A DNA stretch of 64,000 bases from the human T2T-CHM13v2.0 reference genome, Homo sapiens: the NCBI RefSeq assembly GCF_009914755.1, contig NC_060940.1; one strand, written 5' to 3'. Position numbers and translations under genes: made by a program. This document shows, one piece after another, positions 37,770 through 51,319 of this stretch (its first letter is position 1; each line of letters opens with the position of its first letter). The notes under the pieces are model-generated. The model ran no database searches. It was not told where the DNA came from and saw nothing but the letters and a program-made list of their open reading frames with translations.

Positions 37770-38570
37770 TACATTTTTCACTTGCAAAAGACAAATCAAG
37801 GAGACTGGTGGACTTCAAGTGCAGTGTGATTCAGGCTCCAACAGTATCAGCAGAATTCGTCTTGATTCTGTTTCCCATAGGTTGACTCCATTCTCAAGCA
37901 TCTGTGTGTATTATTCCATTCTCATGCTGCTGATAAAGACATACCTGAGACTGAGTAATTTATAAAGAAAAAGAGGTTTAATGGACTCACAGTTCCACAT
38001 GACTGGGGAGGCCTCACAATCATGGTAGAAGGTGAAGGAGGAACAAAGGCATGTCTTACATGGCAGCAGGCAAGAGAGCATGTGCAGGGAACTGCCCTTT
38101 ATAAAACCATCAGATCTTGTGAGACTTATTCACTGTCATGAGAACAGCACAGGAAAGACTCGCCCCCATGATTCAATTGCCTCCCACCAGGTCCCTCCCA
38201 CAACACATGTGGATTATGGAAGCTACAATTCAAGATGAGATGTGAGTGGGGACACAGCCAAATCATATCACTGCAGTAGTTTCAGGCTCATATATTCCCA
38301 GTGCCACTTCAGAGAAAAAGAGGCCCTCTCTCTGATACCTCAAACAAAGGCCCCAGGGTTGAGTCAGCTTGGTTCTCTGATTGGCCCAGCTTGAGTCATG
38401 TGCCCATCCCTAAACCAAACTCCATGGCAAGAAGGATGGAAAGAGTTGATTGGCTTATCCTTGGTCACAGGCCCCTCCCATGGAATTCTGAAGCATATGA
38501 ACCAAAAGTAAAGGAGGATGAGACTCCCCAGAGCAAAATCAGGGTGGTTTTTGCCTCAAGAAGAACGTAT
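37770..38570 (-). mobile_element. Old MaLR LTR (MLT1K-like) split by THE1
   Basis: CTCTGATTGGCCCAGCTTGAGTCATGTGCCCATCCCTAAACCAA...GATTGGCT. Confidence 0.6.
37907..38270 (-). mobile_element. THE1 solo LTR (THE1C-like)
   Basis: TGTATT...ATAAAGACATACCTGAGACTG...GACACAGCCAAATCATATCA; TSD CTGTG/CTGCA (consistent with CpG-decayed CTGCG). Confidence 0.9.
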
Positions 38571-39169
38571 AGAAAATAAAAAAAGAATTGCAAATGATTT
38601 TTTTGCCAACTTTTTAGGGAGCAAAAATTGCAAAAAAATTGCCAGAGCCTCTGTGGCCTGGCTCCAGTCCCTCCGCATTCATCACTGAGGGCAGGTGACT
38701 TAAGCCTGCAGAGGCAGTGCATGCTTCTTCCTTCAGCAGCTCTCAGAGGCCAGCGGGGGCCCCACAGTAGCGCAACGCTAGATAGGGGCGGATGTGTTTC
38801 CTGGCCTTTCTGGAAGGTGGCATCGAGCAAGATAAACAGAGTCTGCTTTTCCTTATTGCTCTGTCATTGTAATCCAGAAACAAACACACCCTCAGATGCC
38901 CTGTCAGTATCTTACCAAAGCCACTATAAGTTACTTTATCTCCTCCTTGGGATTTCCTGCTTCTTTTGCTGAGCTCCGTGTGTGCGTGTCTGTGTGTGTT
39001 TGTGTGTGTGTGTGTTTTCTCTTGAGGCATCACGATTCAGCAGCATTTTTCAAAGTGTAAGAAGTGTGAACTACAACACTACACAGGATAATTTCAGGTG
39101 ACACATGATACTTTTTTAGTAGTTGGTATCTATTTTAAAATGTACTAAAAAAAATTTACTGGTGTTAAA

Positions 39170-39730
<561 letters not shown>

Positions 39731-40654
39731 GACAAACCTGTGATTTCACAGCTATCATGATAGTGATATCAAGTACCCCTTTCCAGTTAAATTAAAATAT
39801 AGGAAGTCAATTTATAGGAAATATTAAATAAACATTGGAAAAGGAGATATGGGGATGTGTTAAAATGTTTCTAGGTGGTAAAAAGCATTTGGGAAACCCC
39901 AAAATACTTCATGGAAGTCATTATTAAGCCGAACTCCATGGATTCCTAGTGGGTGCAGAAGTGGCCTTCGGGGGAGCCTGGGAACCCCATTATCATGCAT
40001 AATTTTGTATGTATATGCGCATTTTTCTTAGGAGAGGGCACATTGCTTTCATCTGTCTCAAAGGAGTTTCTGACCAGAGCTGTTGCTAATCTATATAACA
40101 CCTTTGAGAAAAAGGTGCTCCCTTGGGGAGAATGAATTAGAAAAAGATGCCACATCTTCCTCTAGGATGACATGACCCTGAGCCAAGACACACAGCTCAG
40201 CGAGCAGTGCAAGGCCTGGTTTCAGTCCCTCCTTGCCCTCATCATAAGCCCTTGTGATGGGCAGAAATTTCATGGTCATTACTGTGGAACTCCTCTTGAC
40301 CAAAAACAGATTGAAAAGCACTGCTGAATCCAAAGATAGCCAGGAATTTTCAGAGGGGAACATGAAGGCACTTGGGTATCACAGGATCCTGTCAGAAACT
40401 GGAATGATGTCTGGAAGGGGATCAGGGCTGAAGAGTGTGGTCTTTAGGGTTGGATTTTAACACCATGGACTTACTGTGTCACTTAAGGTAAGTCCCCTGC
40501 CCAAACTGAGCTGCAGCCCAGATGAGAATCTGTAAGGTGAGGACAGCGTCTTCTATTTCTTCTGTTTGCTCATGGGGGAATCACTGGGTTCTAATGAGAT
40601 CTGATAACATGAGGAAACAGGATGCCCTCAAACTTTAAAGGAGGATACATTGGT

Positions 40655-41050
40655 CAGGGTCTGATTTGGAAAATGGGGCCCATTCCAGAGACTCTAATCA
40701 ATGGAATTGAATGCAGAAAATTAGATACAAAAGTGGTGGAGAACTGCAGAGCCAAATAGAGGGGGCAGAGGCAACTCAAAGCTGGTGGCAGCAGTGCTGG
40801 AAGGCCAATGGTAGTGTTACCAGAGTCCACGGCCTGGAGGCAGAGGTTGCCTAGCCCCCAAGCTGGAGCCACAGAGCCCAGTGGAGAAGCCATCCAAAGC
40901 AAGAGGGGGTGGGGTGGGAGAGAAATGCCCAGGCTCTTCACTTTCTCCTGTCCTCCAGCCTCCCCACATTCCCTCTCCCTTCTCCCCACAGTTGGCCCAC
41001 CCCATCCAGAAGTCAGTTGGCAAGGGAACCTGGAAAATGTAATTTTCCAG
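40655..41050. mobile_element. Old ERVL-type LTR fragment
   Basis: CCAGAAGTCAGTTGGCAAGGGAACCTGGAAAATGTAATTT motif typical of old ERVL LTRs; family not determined. Confidence 0.4.
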
Positions 41051-41312
41051 AGAAGGACAGGAAATGAAGCAGGCACATGGCCAGCATGCCCTGCTTGAAC
41101 ATCTTGAACCAGGGATATGATTTTAGTTGCCTAACTACACATGGAACTAAATTCCTAGTGGTTGAAGTTGATGATACAAAGCAGCTGGTTAGAGTAAGTC
41201 TCACAGCAATCAGTCTTCTTTCAACAAATACTGACTGAAAGGCCTACTGTGTGCGTGGCACCACCCTAAGCTCTGAAGCCTACAAACACCTTGTTCCTGC
41301 TGCCCTGCAGGA

Positions 41313-41862
41313 CATAGTAGGCTGCCTTCTAACATGACTCTCAAAGATCCCCACTTCCTGGTGTTCCTGCTCTTCTGGAAACCCTTCCCCCTTCAGCATC
41401 GGCCATACCTGGTAACTTGCATGTAACAAATGGAATATGCAAAAGTGATGGGACATCACTCATGCCTAGGTTATAAAAGACTGTGATTTCCATCTCTCAC
41501 ATGCTCTCTGATTCTTCTCTCTTGCTCTGATGAAGCCAGCTGCTCTGTTGTGAGCTGCCCTACGGAGAGAACTACTTGCCAGGGAACTGAGGGTAGCCTA
41601 CACCTGACAGTCTACAAGGAACTGAATCCTGACATTACCACACCAGGGAGTGTGGAAGTGGATTCTCCCCAAGTTGAGCCTTCAGATGACTGCATCACAG
41701 CCAGGACCTTCACTGCAGCCTTTGAGAGGCCTTGAGACAGAGCACCCAGTTAAGCCATGCCAAGATTCCTGACACTCCGAAACTGTGAGATGATGAATGT
41801 TTGTTGTCTTAAGCCACTAAGTGTGGGAATAATGTGTTATGTAGCAATCAATAACAAATACA
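41313..41862 (+). mobile_element. MaLR LTR (MLT1F-like)
   Basis: AGATCCCCACTTCCTGGTGTTC...GTTGAGCCTTCAGATGACTGC...AAACTGTGAGAT...TAAGCCACTAAGT...AATACA. Confidence 0.8.
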
Positions 41863-41929
41863 CCAGATCATGCCAATAAGATGCAGTAGACATTGATGAG
41901 TGCCTATGGACAAGAAAAGTAAATAACTG

Positions 41930-42180
41930 ACATTAACATTTCACCCTATACTTTCCAGAGCACTTTAACAGATCTGCTCATTTCAGTCTCATATTCAGTA
42001 CTATTGACCTTCCACAGGGTATGGGGATAATATCCCCATTTCTCAGATAAAGAGAAGAAGCTCAGAGAAGTTGAGTGATATTCCAGAGAGGTTAAGTGAC
42101 ACCACTAGTAAGTATGAGGCTAGGAAATTCGGGTCTGTCTGACACCCAGTCTTTCCAAGCAAGTGTTCTTTCCGTTAAAT
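41930..42180 (-). mobile_element. MIR
   Basis: TCCCCATTTCTCAGATAAAGA...GCTCAGAGAAGTTGAGTGA...GGTCTGTCTGAC. Confidence 0.6.
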
Positions 42181-42303
42181 AATATCACCTGAAAGTGCTA
42201 CTGTGAACCATGGTTGAACTGACAGCTTAGACTTAGGGAAAGCAAAGTCAGAGCACCAAAAGAAAAGATTTCTAAAATGTCAATACTTCAGAAATGCATT
42301 GAG

Positions 42304-43573
42304 TCCTAAAACAATGAAGGAAAGGGTAGTCTTTTCAGGAAATGGTGCTGAAACAAGTGGGTATCCACAGACAAAAGGATGAAGTTGTACCTTCCTTACA
42401 CCATTCCAAAAAAAAAAAAATTTAACTCAAAATGGATTGTAGACCTAAATGTAAGCACTAAAACTATGAAACTCTTAGATGAAATCATAGGAGAAAATCT
42501 CCATGACCTTAAATTAGACAGTGGTTTGTGTCTTAGCTATGACACCAAAAATACAAGCAGCAGCAACAACAAAAATAGATAAACCTGACACATCAAAATC
42601 AAAAGCTTTTGTGCTAAAAATAATACCATCAAGAAAGTAAAAATGGCATTCACAGATGGGAAATATTTGAAGATTGTACATCTGATAAAGGACTAGTATC
42701 CAGAATATATAAAGAATTCTAGCAACTCAAAAGTTAGAAGAAAATCTAATTTTTCAAATGGGCAAAGGATTTAAATAGACACTTCTCTAAAGAAGATATG
42801 CAAATGGCCAATGAACACATGAAAAAATGCTCAAAATTATTAGCCATTAGAGAAATGCAAATTGAAACCACAGTGAGATGGCACTTTACCCCACCCCCAC
42901 TAGGAGGCCTAAAAAGATAGGCAATAACAAGGATGTGAAGAACTCTGAACCCTCATACACTGTTAGCTGTAAGGTAAAATGGTGAAACCACTCTGGAAAA
43001 CAGTTAAGCACTTTCTCGAACATTAAACACAGATTTATCATAAGACCCAGAAATTATTCTAGGTATATACTGACAAAAAATAAAAACATGTTCACAAAAA
43101 AACTTGTACGGGAATATTCATAGCATCATTATTCATAATAGCCAAAAGGCAAAAACAACACAAATGTTCATCAACTGATAAATGGGTAAATAGAATGTGA
43201 AATATATATACAATAGAATATTATTTCTCAATAAAAAGGAATGGAGGGCTTATACATGCTACAACATGAATGAACTCTGAAAATACTGTACTAAATGAAA
43301 AGTCAAAAAAAAAGACCACATATTGTATGATTCCATTTATATAAAGTGTCCAGAAGAGACAAATCTATAGAGACACAAAGTCAATGAATTGCTGCTAGGA
43401 GAAGAGAATGAGAGTAATTGTTAATGGATGTGAGCTTTCTTTTTGGGGCGATAAAAGTGTTCTAAACTTAGTGATAATGATTGTGCAAAGCTGTAAATAT
43501 ACAAAAACCATTGATTCTTATGGTTTAAAAAGGTAAATTTTGAGGTATGTGAATTATATCTCAAAGCTTTTTT
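42304..43573 (+). mobile_element. L1MB 3' portion
   Basis: ORF2 C-terminal remnant (NSKWIVDLNV) and 3' UTR; 11-bp TSD AATGCATTGAG at 42293-42303 and 43574-43584. Confidence 0.85.
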
Positions 43574-43660
43574 AATGCATTGAGAGAACTGTACATTTAA
43601 AAATGAATAAGATGGTAAATTTTATGTTGTATGTATTTTACCACAATAAAAAATTAATTG

Positions 43661-43696
43661 AGATAGATAGATAGATGGATAGATACACAGACAGAC

Positions 43697-43742
<46 letters not shown>

Positions 43743-43750
43743 AGGTAGAT
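43661..43750. repeat. Compound (GATA)n/(GACA)n tetranucleotide STR
   Basis: Directly visible. Confidence 0.95.
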
Positions 43751-43751
43751 A

Positions 43752-44385
43752 CTTTCCTCCTCTAAGAAGTAGATCTTAAATCTCTTTCCCTTGAGTATGG
43801 GCTGGACTTAGTGACTCCTTCCAAAGAATAAAGTATGAAAAGGAAAAGTATTAACCTTACAGTGGAGAAACCTAGCAAATACTACCTTAAGCAAGTGGTG
43901 AAGGTTAGCATCACCAATGACAAATCATGGTGATATCATAAACTCCTGATATGAAGTGATGAGAAGGGCATCTCACCTCTGTAATATTCCCCCTCTCCCT
44001 AGACAAACCATAACTCCAGTCTAAACATCAGACAAACCCACAGGAAATTCTGCAAAATACCTGACCAGTATTCCTCAAAATTGTCAAGGTCACACAAAAC
44101 ATGAGAAGTCTGAGAAACTGTTATAGATTGGAGGCATAAGAGACATGACAATTAAATGTACTGCAAAAATTTGTATTCTACATTAGTGGGGAAACAGTGA
44201 AATGCTAATAAAGTCTGGAGGTTAGTTAATAGTAACTGTAGCAATGTTAGTTTCTTAGATGTAACAAATGTCTCATGGTTCTGTAAAATGTTAACATTAG
44301 GGGAAGCTGGATGAAGGGCATACAGGAACTCTCTGTACTATCTTTGTAAGTTTTCTGTAAATTTAAAATTATTTCAAAATAAATA
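43752..44385 (+). mobile_element. L1MC/L1MD 3' UTR
   Basis: TGGGCTGGACTTAGTGACT...ACAGTGGAGAAACCT...GGAACTCTCTGTACTATCTTTG. Confidence 0.75.
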
Positions 44386-44389
44386 AATT

Positions 44390-44564
44390 TAAATTTAATT
44401 TTATTTTAGATTCAGGGATTACATGTGCATGTTTGTTATGTGGGTATATTTTGTAGTGGTGGGGATTGGGCTTTTAGTATACCCATTAACCAAATAGTAA
44501 ACATTGTACCTGATAAGTAACTCTTCAACCCTGACCCTCCTCTGACTCTCCCCACTTTTGAAGT
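44390..44564 (-). mobile_element. Short L1PA(old)/L1PB 3' end
   Basis: TTTTATTTTAGATTCAGGG...TACATGTGCATGTTTGTTA...AAATAGTAAACATTGTACC. Confidence 0.75.
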
Positions 44565-44869
44565 GAAAATGAAAAGTTTGCTTAATGAGTAAAAACCATA
44601 ACTTTGTTAAACTTCTGTATACTTAGTTCATAGTTTAACACATACATAGAGAATGTATGACATGTATGTGTGTAATATATGAAGTAGGAATGCATATATA
44701 ATTGTTTCAGTTTTAGTAACATGTAGTGATAAGGGGCCTTCTTTTTGGACCTCAGGGGTAAGAAGTTGAGTTAATTTTATTCTCTGTTCATGATACCTTG
44801 CCATCATTGGTCTGGGCAAGACCTCCTTCACTGTACATGTTTGGTTATCTGATTATTCCCATTAACTCC

Positions 44870-45320
44870 CATTTCCCTCCTCCCCCATAGGCAACTCTTC
44901 TAATGTGTATCTTCATGATTGTTGCATGTATCCTTACAAAATCTGTATTTTTTGTTTGCATGAATATTTAATCTACATAAGTGGCATCGAGTTACCTATC
45001 TCATTATATTTCTTACTTTTTTAACCTAATACCATGCATTGAAGCTCTAGCCCCAATGCTGTCCATACACCTAGTCTGTTGCTTCTATCTGCTTCACAGT
45101 TCTCCATGGTGAATGTTTTCAGTTTTCCCAGTGGTAAATCCCTGGACTTTCTCCAAGTTCCCACCACCAGAAAGTAGAACACAATGAATTTCCTCTTGAT
45201 AGCCCTTCACCATGGACTTGCGTGGGAATTTCCTTGGGGCATATACACAGGGGCAGAATGACTGAGGCTTGATTATACATATGCTAAAGTTGACCAAGTG
45301 CTGCCATATTGCTTTCAGAA
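44870..45320 (-). mobile_element. L1ME fragment
   Basis: CCCCATAGGCAACT...TTTCCTTGGGGCATATACAC...TTGCTTTCAGAA. Confidence 0.5.
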
Positions 45321-45449
45321 TTATCTTACATCATAGAAGGAAGTTTCTCTACAGCCCAGTCCTCTCAGCATCATGTTTTCAATGCTTAGTGCCTCAATAC
45401 ACCTGGGTATGATTTAAGGAGTGACATGGATGAAAATAGGAAACAGCAT

Positions 45450-45660
45450 CCTAATATTTGCTAAGATTCATTGAGCAGCACTAGCTTTGGACCAAGTATT
45501 GTTCTAAGCTTTATATGGGGGGGTAAAATTAGTTCTTGCAACATCCTTTTTGGTAAGTACTATTATTATCTCCATTTTACCCATGAAAGAATGAAGTCGC
45601 CGGGTAGTAACATGACGTAGCTGGATTCATTCAGCTGTAACCATAATGTTCTATGGTTCT
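45450..45660 (-). mobile_element. MIR
   Basis: GGTAAGTACTATTATTATCTCCATTTTACCCATGA. Confidence 0.6.
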
Positions 45661-45919
45661 GGACAGCCTGGCTCTGCTCTCCCATCTCAATCCAGAGCCA
45701 GCCCAGACTTCATGAATCTTCCCTCCCAGCCAGGCTACATGGGCTTGGGGCCTCTGAGCAGCACTTAAATTAATTCTGAGGTTTATTTAAAACATAAACC
45801 ATGCTCAGAATAACATTAGCAATTCAGCTCTTCCAAGGCACCTTTTCTGCCCAAAAGGGGTAACATACCGGATTCTGGAGTGGTCAGAAAGTTGTTCTGA
45901 GGTCTCTGAGACAGGTGGA

Positions 45920-46130
45920 CTCACTGTTGACCCCAATTTATAATGCTAAGAAGCGGAGCACAGAAAAAGGTTGCTGGAGAAATAGTAGGGGCGGGAATAC
46001 TGCCCATGCTGGCGCCGGCTGCACCACGTGCCAATCAATAGTGCTTTATTAGGAGACATAATCAATGTGCAGCAGGCAGACCCAGCCAATTAGGCTTATC
46101 GGCTGACAGAGAGGAGCAGGAAGTCTTCCT
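45920..46130. promoter_or_regulatory. Candidate promoter/enhancer module
   Basis: GC box 45988-95, CACGTG 46025-30, CCAAT at 46031 and 46086, AATCAAT x2, TGACAG 46104-09, CAGGAAGT 46117-24; CpGs retained. Confidence 0.4.
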
Positions 46131-46310
46131 TTCCTCCTGGTTGTTTTCCTGCTCCATGGAAGAAGTCAGTTCCCGTTTTTTTATCTCTGGGTTCCCACCA
46201 CGCCATCTCAGTGGGGAGGGAGTTCTGACAGAAAGCAGGTTTAAGCTATCTCAGTCCCCTTGAGCCCAGGGTCAGACCAGCCAGCCCTTAAGGCCAGCTT
46301 GCAATAGGAG

Positions 46311-46312
<2 letters not shown>

Positions 46313-46351
<39 letters not shown>
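46313..46351 (+). repeat. A39 homopolymer
   Basis: Directly visible; no retroelement body upstream. Confidence 0.95.
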
Positions 46352-46354
<3 letters not shown>

Positions 46355-46889
46355 GAAACACAATCTATGGGCTTCTTGGCAAAGAAGAAATACCAATTAG
46401 GCCTGACCTGGTCATTCTCTCTTTCCTCTTTATCCCCCTCATCCTCCCTACAGGCTTGAGAAATTTCTCACTGGGCTCCTTAAGTGTCTCCTGGGCAGAC
46501 AGAGGTGGGGGCGGGGAGAACGCACCCCAGTTGGGGCACTTCGAAATATCAGTTTCACAGCAAAAAGGCAGCCCTTTAACATTTAACTGAGACTGATTGT
46601 ACGCTGGAAAATAGTGTATTTATCAACTGCATCTGTCTTTGCCGCTGCTTTCTCCTTCCAAAAAGATAAATTACTGCAGCAGATAAGGATCCAGCTTTCA
46701 GGGCGATCAAATGAACGCCAGGAGTCCTCAAGATAGGAACGGTTTATGAAACCCGGCTCCTGCCCACTTGAGTGAGCCAACTAAGAGGGTGCCAAGAATG
46801 TAATGGCCACATGGGTTATTGGCCTTTCCTCCCTGCCGTGGTACATTACATGGGGGTAAGAGAATTTGCTTTTAAAGTATCTTTTGCAG

Positions 46890-47012
46890 TCTCTTCTAAT
46901 AAATCACTGAGCAATCCCTGGTGCTTGTTGTGGTCGGTGGTGGTGATCCATGGTGAAACGACAGGCGGGTTTCAGGGCCGGATTTTCCACCAGTGCAGCC
47001 TGCGCGTGGTAG
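46890..47012 (+). other. Candidate 123-nt exon (unsupported by expression data)
   Basis: Acceptor TATCTTTTGCAG and donor TAG|GTGAGT around CpG-richer unique DNA. Confidence 0.25.
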
Positions 47013-48542
47013 GTGAGTGGCAAATGCAGCAAAACAAGATGGTGGCCTCCAAGCAATGAGAGATCGAGAGACACTGCCGCATGCAAGTATCGGGATCTCC
47101 TTGACCTTGGCTGGGACTTCACGGGAGGTTTCCGGAGCAGCCCCATGGACTCCCCAGCTTATGATTTAGAACCAGTTGAGCATTTCAGTTAGCAAATTGT
47201 ATTTAATGCTGTGTAACCTCAGGGCTCTTAATGTAAGATTTGTAGATGCAGAATTCAGAGCTTTAAGAAAGCTTGCCCAACCTCTGGGAAACCAAGAGGG
47301 ATTTTCAGTCTCTGTAGAGTATTACCTGCCTGTGCATAGGGAAGATGCATAGGAAATGTCTTAAGGGTTCAAGTGTCTATTGTGTCCCTTAGGCGGCTCT
47401 ACCTTAGTTAAGTGCTAGCTCTTGTCAGTCACGATTGTGTGATATTTGTCGTAAATGTTCTTTATTATTATTATTATTGCTGTTATTATTATTTAGGTCA
47501 TTTAATTACTCTTAATCTGACCTTGTCTCCCTGTGTAAATATCCCCCTTCTTCCTTGCCATGTGTCTCTGTGCAGATTTGTAGGCAGTTATCAAATCAAT
47601 CCCTTCTCCGCACCCCACCCCATGCCAATCACCACCTAACCAAACTACATACATATATATTTAGCTCTTTTAATCTTTTTTCTCATAAGGTTCTAATTTT
47701 ACATTTTCTGGGGTATTTTAGATTTGGCAGAATGGCCTTCGTCTGTGAAGAGTAGAACTTAATTATCAAAAGCTGAGCCGGAGTGAGCTATCCATCACTG
47801 GGTGACATATCCTTGCCTGTGTTCATTTGAAAAACATTTTTTTTGTAGCTCTTGGAAGAAGAAAAAAAACAAAGCTGCCAGAAGGAAAAAAGAAAAAAAG
47901 GAAGGAAAAGAGAAAAAAGGAAGAAAAAGAAAAAGAAGAAAAAACTTCATTCTGACATTCATCATCCTGCAACACAACCACATAACATATCAAAATATCA
48001 CAACGTGAGGTATCAAGTGTTGAGAAGGCTCATTTGATTTCTCTCTTGCTTTTCTTTTCTTTTTCTTCTCTTTTTTATTTTGTTGAAAACTGAATCTAGC
48101 ATGTGAAAGTTAGTCCTGTAAAATGCCTCCTACAGTAAACATCATCTTTTTGACAAGGTTTGCATTATAATTAAGGCCTGTCTGAGTAGCTACGCAACTG
48201 CGTGTTGCACTGTTTTCTTTAAGAGACGGGGTTTTTTAACAGCCAGATAAATGCTCAGCGTGGCCCAGCCCAGTGGGACAGCGACACCCTGTGGCCGTGT
48301 CTGCTCATGGACCCAGGGTGGGGCCACACAAGGCTTGGCTGGAGGAAGGCCTGTTCAGAAGGGTTCCCAGGGTGAATTCTGGTATTATATTGCCATGTGA
48401 ATGCTGACAAGATTCGCCAAGAGGGGGCCAGTTTTGAGGCAGAGGAGCCTGTCCTGTGTGATTTAAATGAGATACAGAAGACAAAAGTACCTGGCAGAGG
48501 GCCCCACCACAGCAGGCTCTTACCCTGTGCCATACCCCAAAT

Positions 48543-48624
48543 TGCCAGATGCAGAATGAGAGGCCAACTCTTTTCTGACAGGTCCGATTCAATGACACAC
48601 TAACTCCAAAAGGCTGCCCCTGGA
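48543..48624 (+). repeat. Duplicated block A, copy 1
   Basis: 71/82 identical to 49238-49318 by manual alignment. Confidence 0.9.
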
Positions 48625-48839
48625 ATCTTACCAGAAAGCAACCCTAAACCCCATGTCAGGAACTTCTATCAGCGATCAACAAGACTGGTGACAAATCCAC
48701 TCAGTCATCCAGAGGCTTCCAAAAGCCTTTGAATAATGAATTCAAATATTTCATCCTTGAGAGGAACGATGGTTTTTGTCAGTTGATTTGTATTCCAGCC
48801 ATTTATTTAAATAACCAACCGATAAAATACACGTTTTCA

Positions 48840-48913
48840 TAGTAAATAAAATCTGCAGATCCTCACCCCATAATTGGTTAGTCCATCAGCACTTTTATCC
48901 ATTATATATGGAC
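48840..48913 (+). repeat. Duplicated block B, copy 1
   Basis: 66/74 identical to 50188-50261, ungapped. Confidence 0.9.
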
Positions 48914-49237
48914 TTAAATGCAACAAGATGAGGTGGCGTGCTCCCTCCTCTGCAGGAGGACGGCAAATGTTTACAACGGTGGTTGCAGTTTCAGCTAATA
49001 TTTTCCGGAAACATATATTTGTCATCTCTCTTCTCTAAGTTATTCCAGGTTTCTTCAAAACACATGAATTGAGATCGCTTTGTCCAAATTTATTTATTTT
49101 TTCTCTTTTAGTTTGTTGTACTTACCGGGCATAACCAAAAAAGACATTCCCTCTGGCATGCCAAGGCCTGGCGGGTCCTCAACGGCCAATGGCTATTTCC
49201 ACTCTTTGTTGATTGAGTCCTGGCGCCGTACCCTGAA

Positions 49238-49318
49238 TGCCAGATGCAGAATGAGAGGTCAACTCTTCTCTGGTGGGTTCAAGTCAATGACAAACTAACT
49301 CCAAAAGACTGCCCTGGA
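49238..49318 (+). repeat. Duplicated block A, copy 2
   Basis: TGCCAGATGCAGAATGAGAGG...TCAATGACA.ACTAACTCCAAAAG.CTGCCC. Confidence 0.9.
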
Positions 49319-49350
49319 GTTAACAAACACTCAGAGAAAATACGCAATGA

Positions 49351-49791
<441 letters not shown>

Positions 49792-49904
49792 TGTTGAGTG
49801 TCTTTTACACAGAACACACCAGTTGGTGTTTAAGGGACATCTCTCAAATCCTAAGGCATAAGAAGAGAAAAAAGAGGCCAATGAGAAAAAAATGACGATT
49901 ATGG

Positions 49905-50110
49905 TCAAAATACCTAACATTTATTGAGCATTTACTTTCTGCCAGCTACTGTTTAGGCACTTTAAGTTCATTAACTCATTTAATTTTCACAAGAACTCTA
50001 CAAGGTGGCACTGCTATCATCACTGATGTAAAGATCAGAAAACTGAGACACGAAAGGATTAATTTTTTAGCTGCAGGTCACCGGCTTACTCGGGAGCAGT
50101 GGTGGGTTCC
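49905..50110 (-). mobile_element. MIR
   Basis: AACATTTATTGAGCATTTACT...AACTCATTTAATTTTCACAA...AGAAAACTGAGACAC. Confidence 0.75.
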
Positions 50111-50187
50111 TATTCTGAGAGGACTCCAGTGACTAACTGCAAGGTGGCGATGCTGCAGATAATCAACACATGAAATAAACATTTTAG

Positions 50188-50261
50188 TAGTAAATAAAGC
50201 CTGCAGATCCTCATCCCGTAATTTGTTAGTCCATCACCACTTTTGTCCATTACATATGGAC
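50188..50261 (+). repeat. Duplicated block B, copy 2
   Basis: TAGTAAATAAA..CTGCAGATCCTCA...GTTAGTCCATCA.CACTTTT.TCCATTA.ATATGGAC. Confidence 0.9.
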
Positions 50262-51319
50262 ACAAACGTAGCAATCTGGAGATCAAATCCATTTTAAAGG
50301 TGGGGAGACTGGGAGCCAGGGTGTGGATGTTGGGTGTCCACCGTCACACCAGGTAGCAATGAAGTACCAGGGCCCAGCTTGGCTAATTTTCATGATACTG
50401 CACTTGATGTTGCGTGTCAGCCACCCAGGTGCCTGCCAGATGGCATCCACGTTGTGGTACCTTCACCTTGACAGCAAATATGTAAATCTCTGCTCTCAGC
50501 CTTGCAGAATCACCATCATTAGAGCCTCAGGAGGGTTTCAAGTCCATTCTTCTTTCCTTTTCTCTGGATCTCATTGTCACCATCAAAGAAAAATAATTAC
50601 CATGTTAGAGAACAACTCTTTGTTACATGATACAAAAATAGGGCCTCAGGGCACAGTGAGCAAGTGAAAGATGAGAGTGCTCAGTTTTGAGATAAAGCAA
50701 ATGGGAGGATGTCCACTTGGGACTGATTCAAGAAGGGCCTGGAGATGGTGGCCCTGATTGCACGGATATCCTAAATTCCCTTCTCGCCCCATTAATTCAC
50801 CTCCACACAATGTCTGACCCCAGATGCATCTCTTCCAATCCCACAGGGCACATAGTGTTTGTCCTACTGTCTTCCCTTCTCACAGTCTCTCTCCTCCTTC
50901 AGCTCTCTCCACCATGATGGCATTAGTCTACACTACAATTGCTGCCCACCAGGTCTTTCCAAAGCAATTCAGACCTTTCCATCCCCTGCTCCAAAGCTTT
51001 CAATAGTCCCTCACTGCTTATAGAACAAAGTCCTAGGTCCTAAACCTAAGCCCAACTTTTCACTCTTTTTCAACCCCCTCCAAGTCCCCTATGCTCCAGC
51101 CAAAGCTAACACAAATTGTCCTGCCTTTGAGCTTTGCTCATGCTTTTCCATCTACCTGCAGGGTTGTTGCACTGCACAACTCCAGGAGGCTCATCTCCAT
51201 CAGAGGCAATGTGACTAGCACCCAGTGGGGTTGGTCAGTATACAACCTGCACAACTATACCTGGCCACCTGGCCATCTGGATCTTATATCCCACCACACC
51301 CATGTCCCTCCATCTAAAG

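Noticed and set aside
38745-38795. CTCF-like GC-rich motifs (also weak ones near 5785, 50000, 50140, 50435)
   Set aside because: Each misses key consensus positions; cannot be supported without PWM scoring or ChIP data.
47850-48085. A-rich tract followed by a T-rich tract as a long hairpin
   Set aside because: Complementarity is only low-complexity A/T matching.
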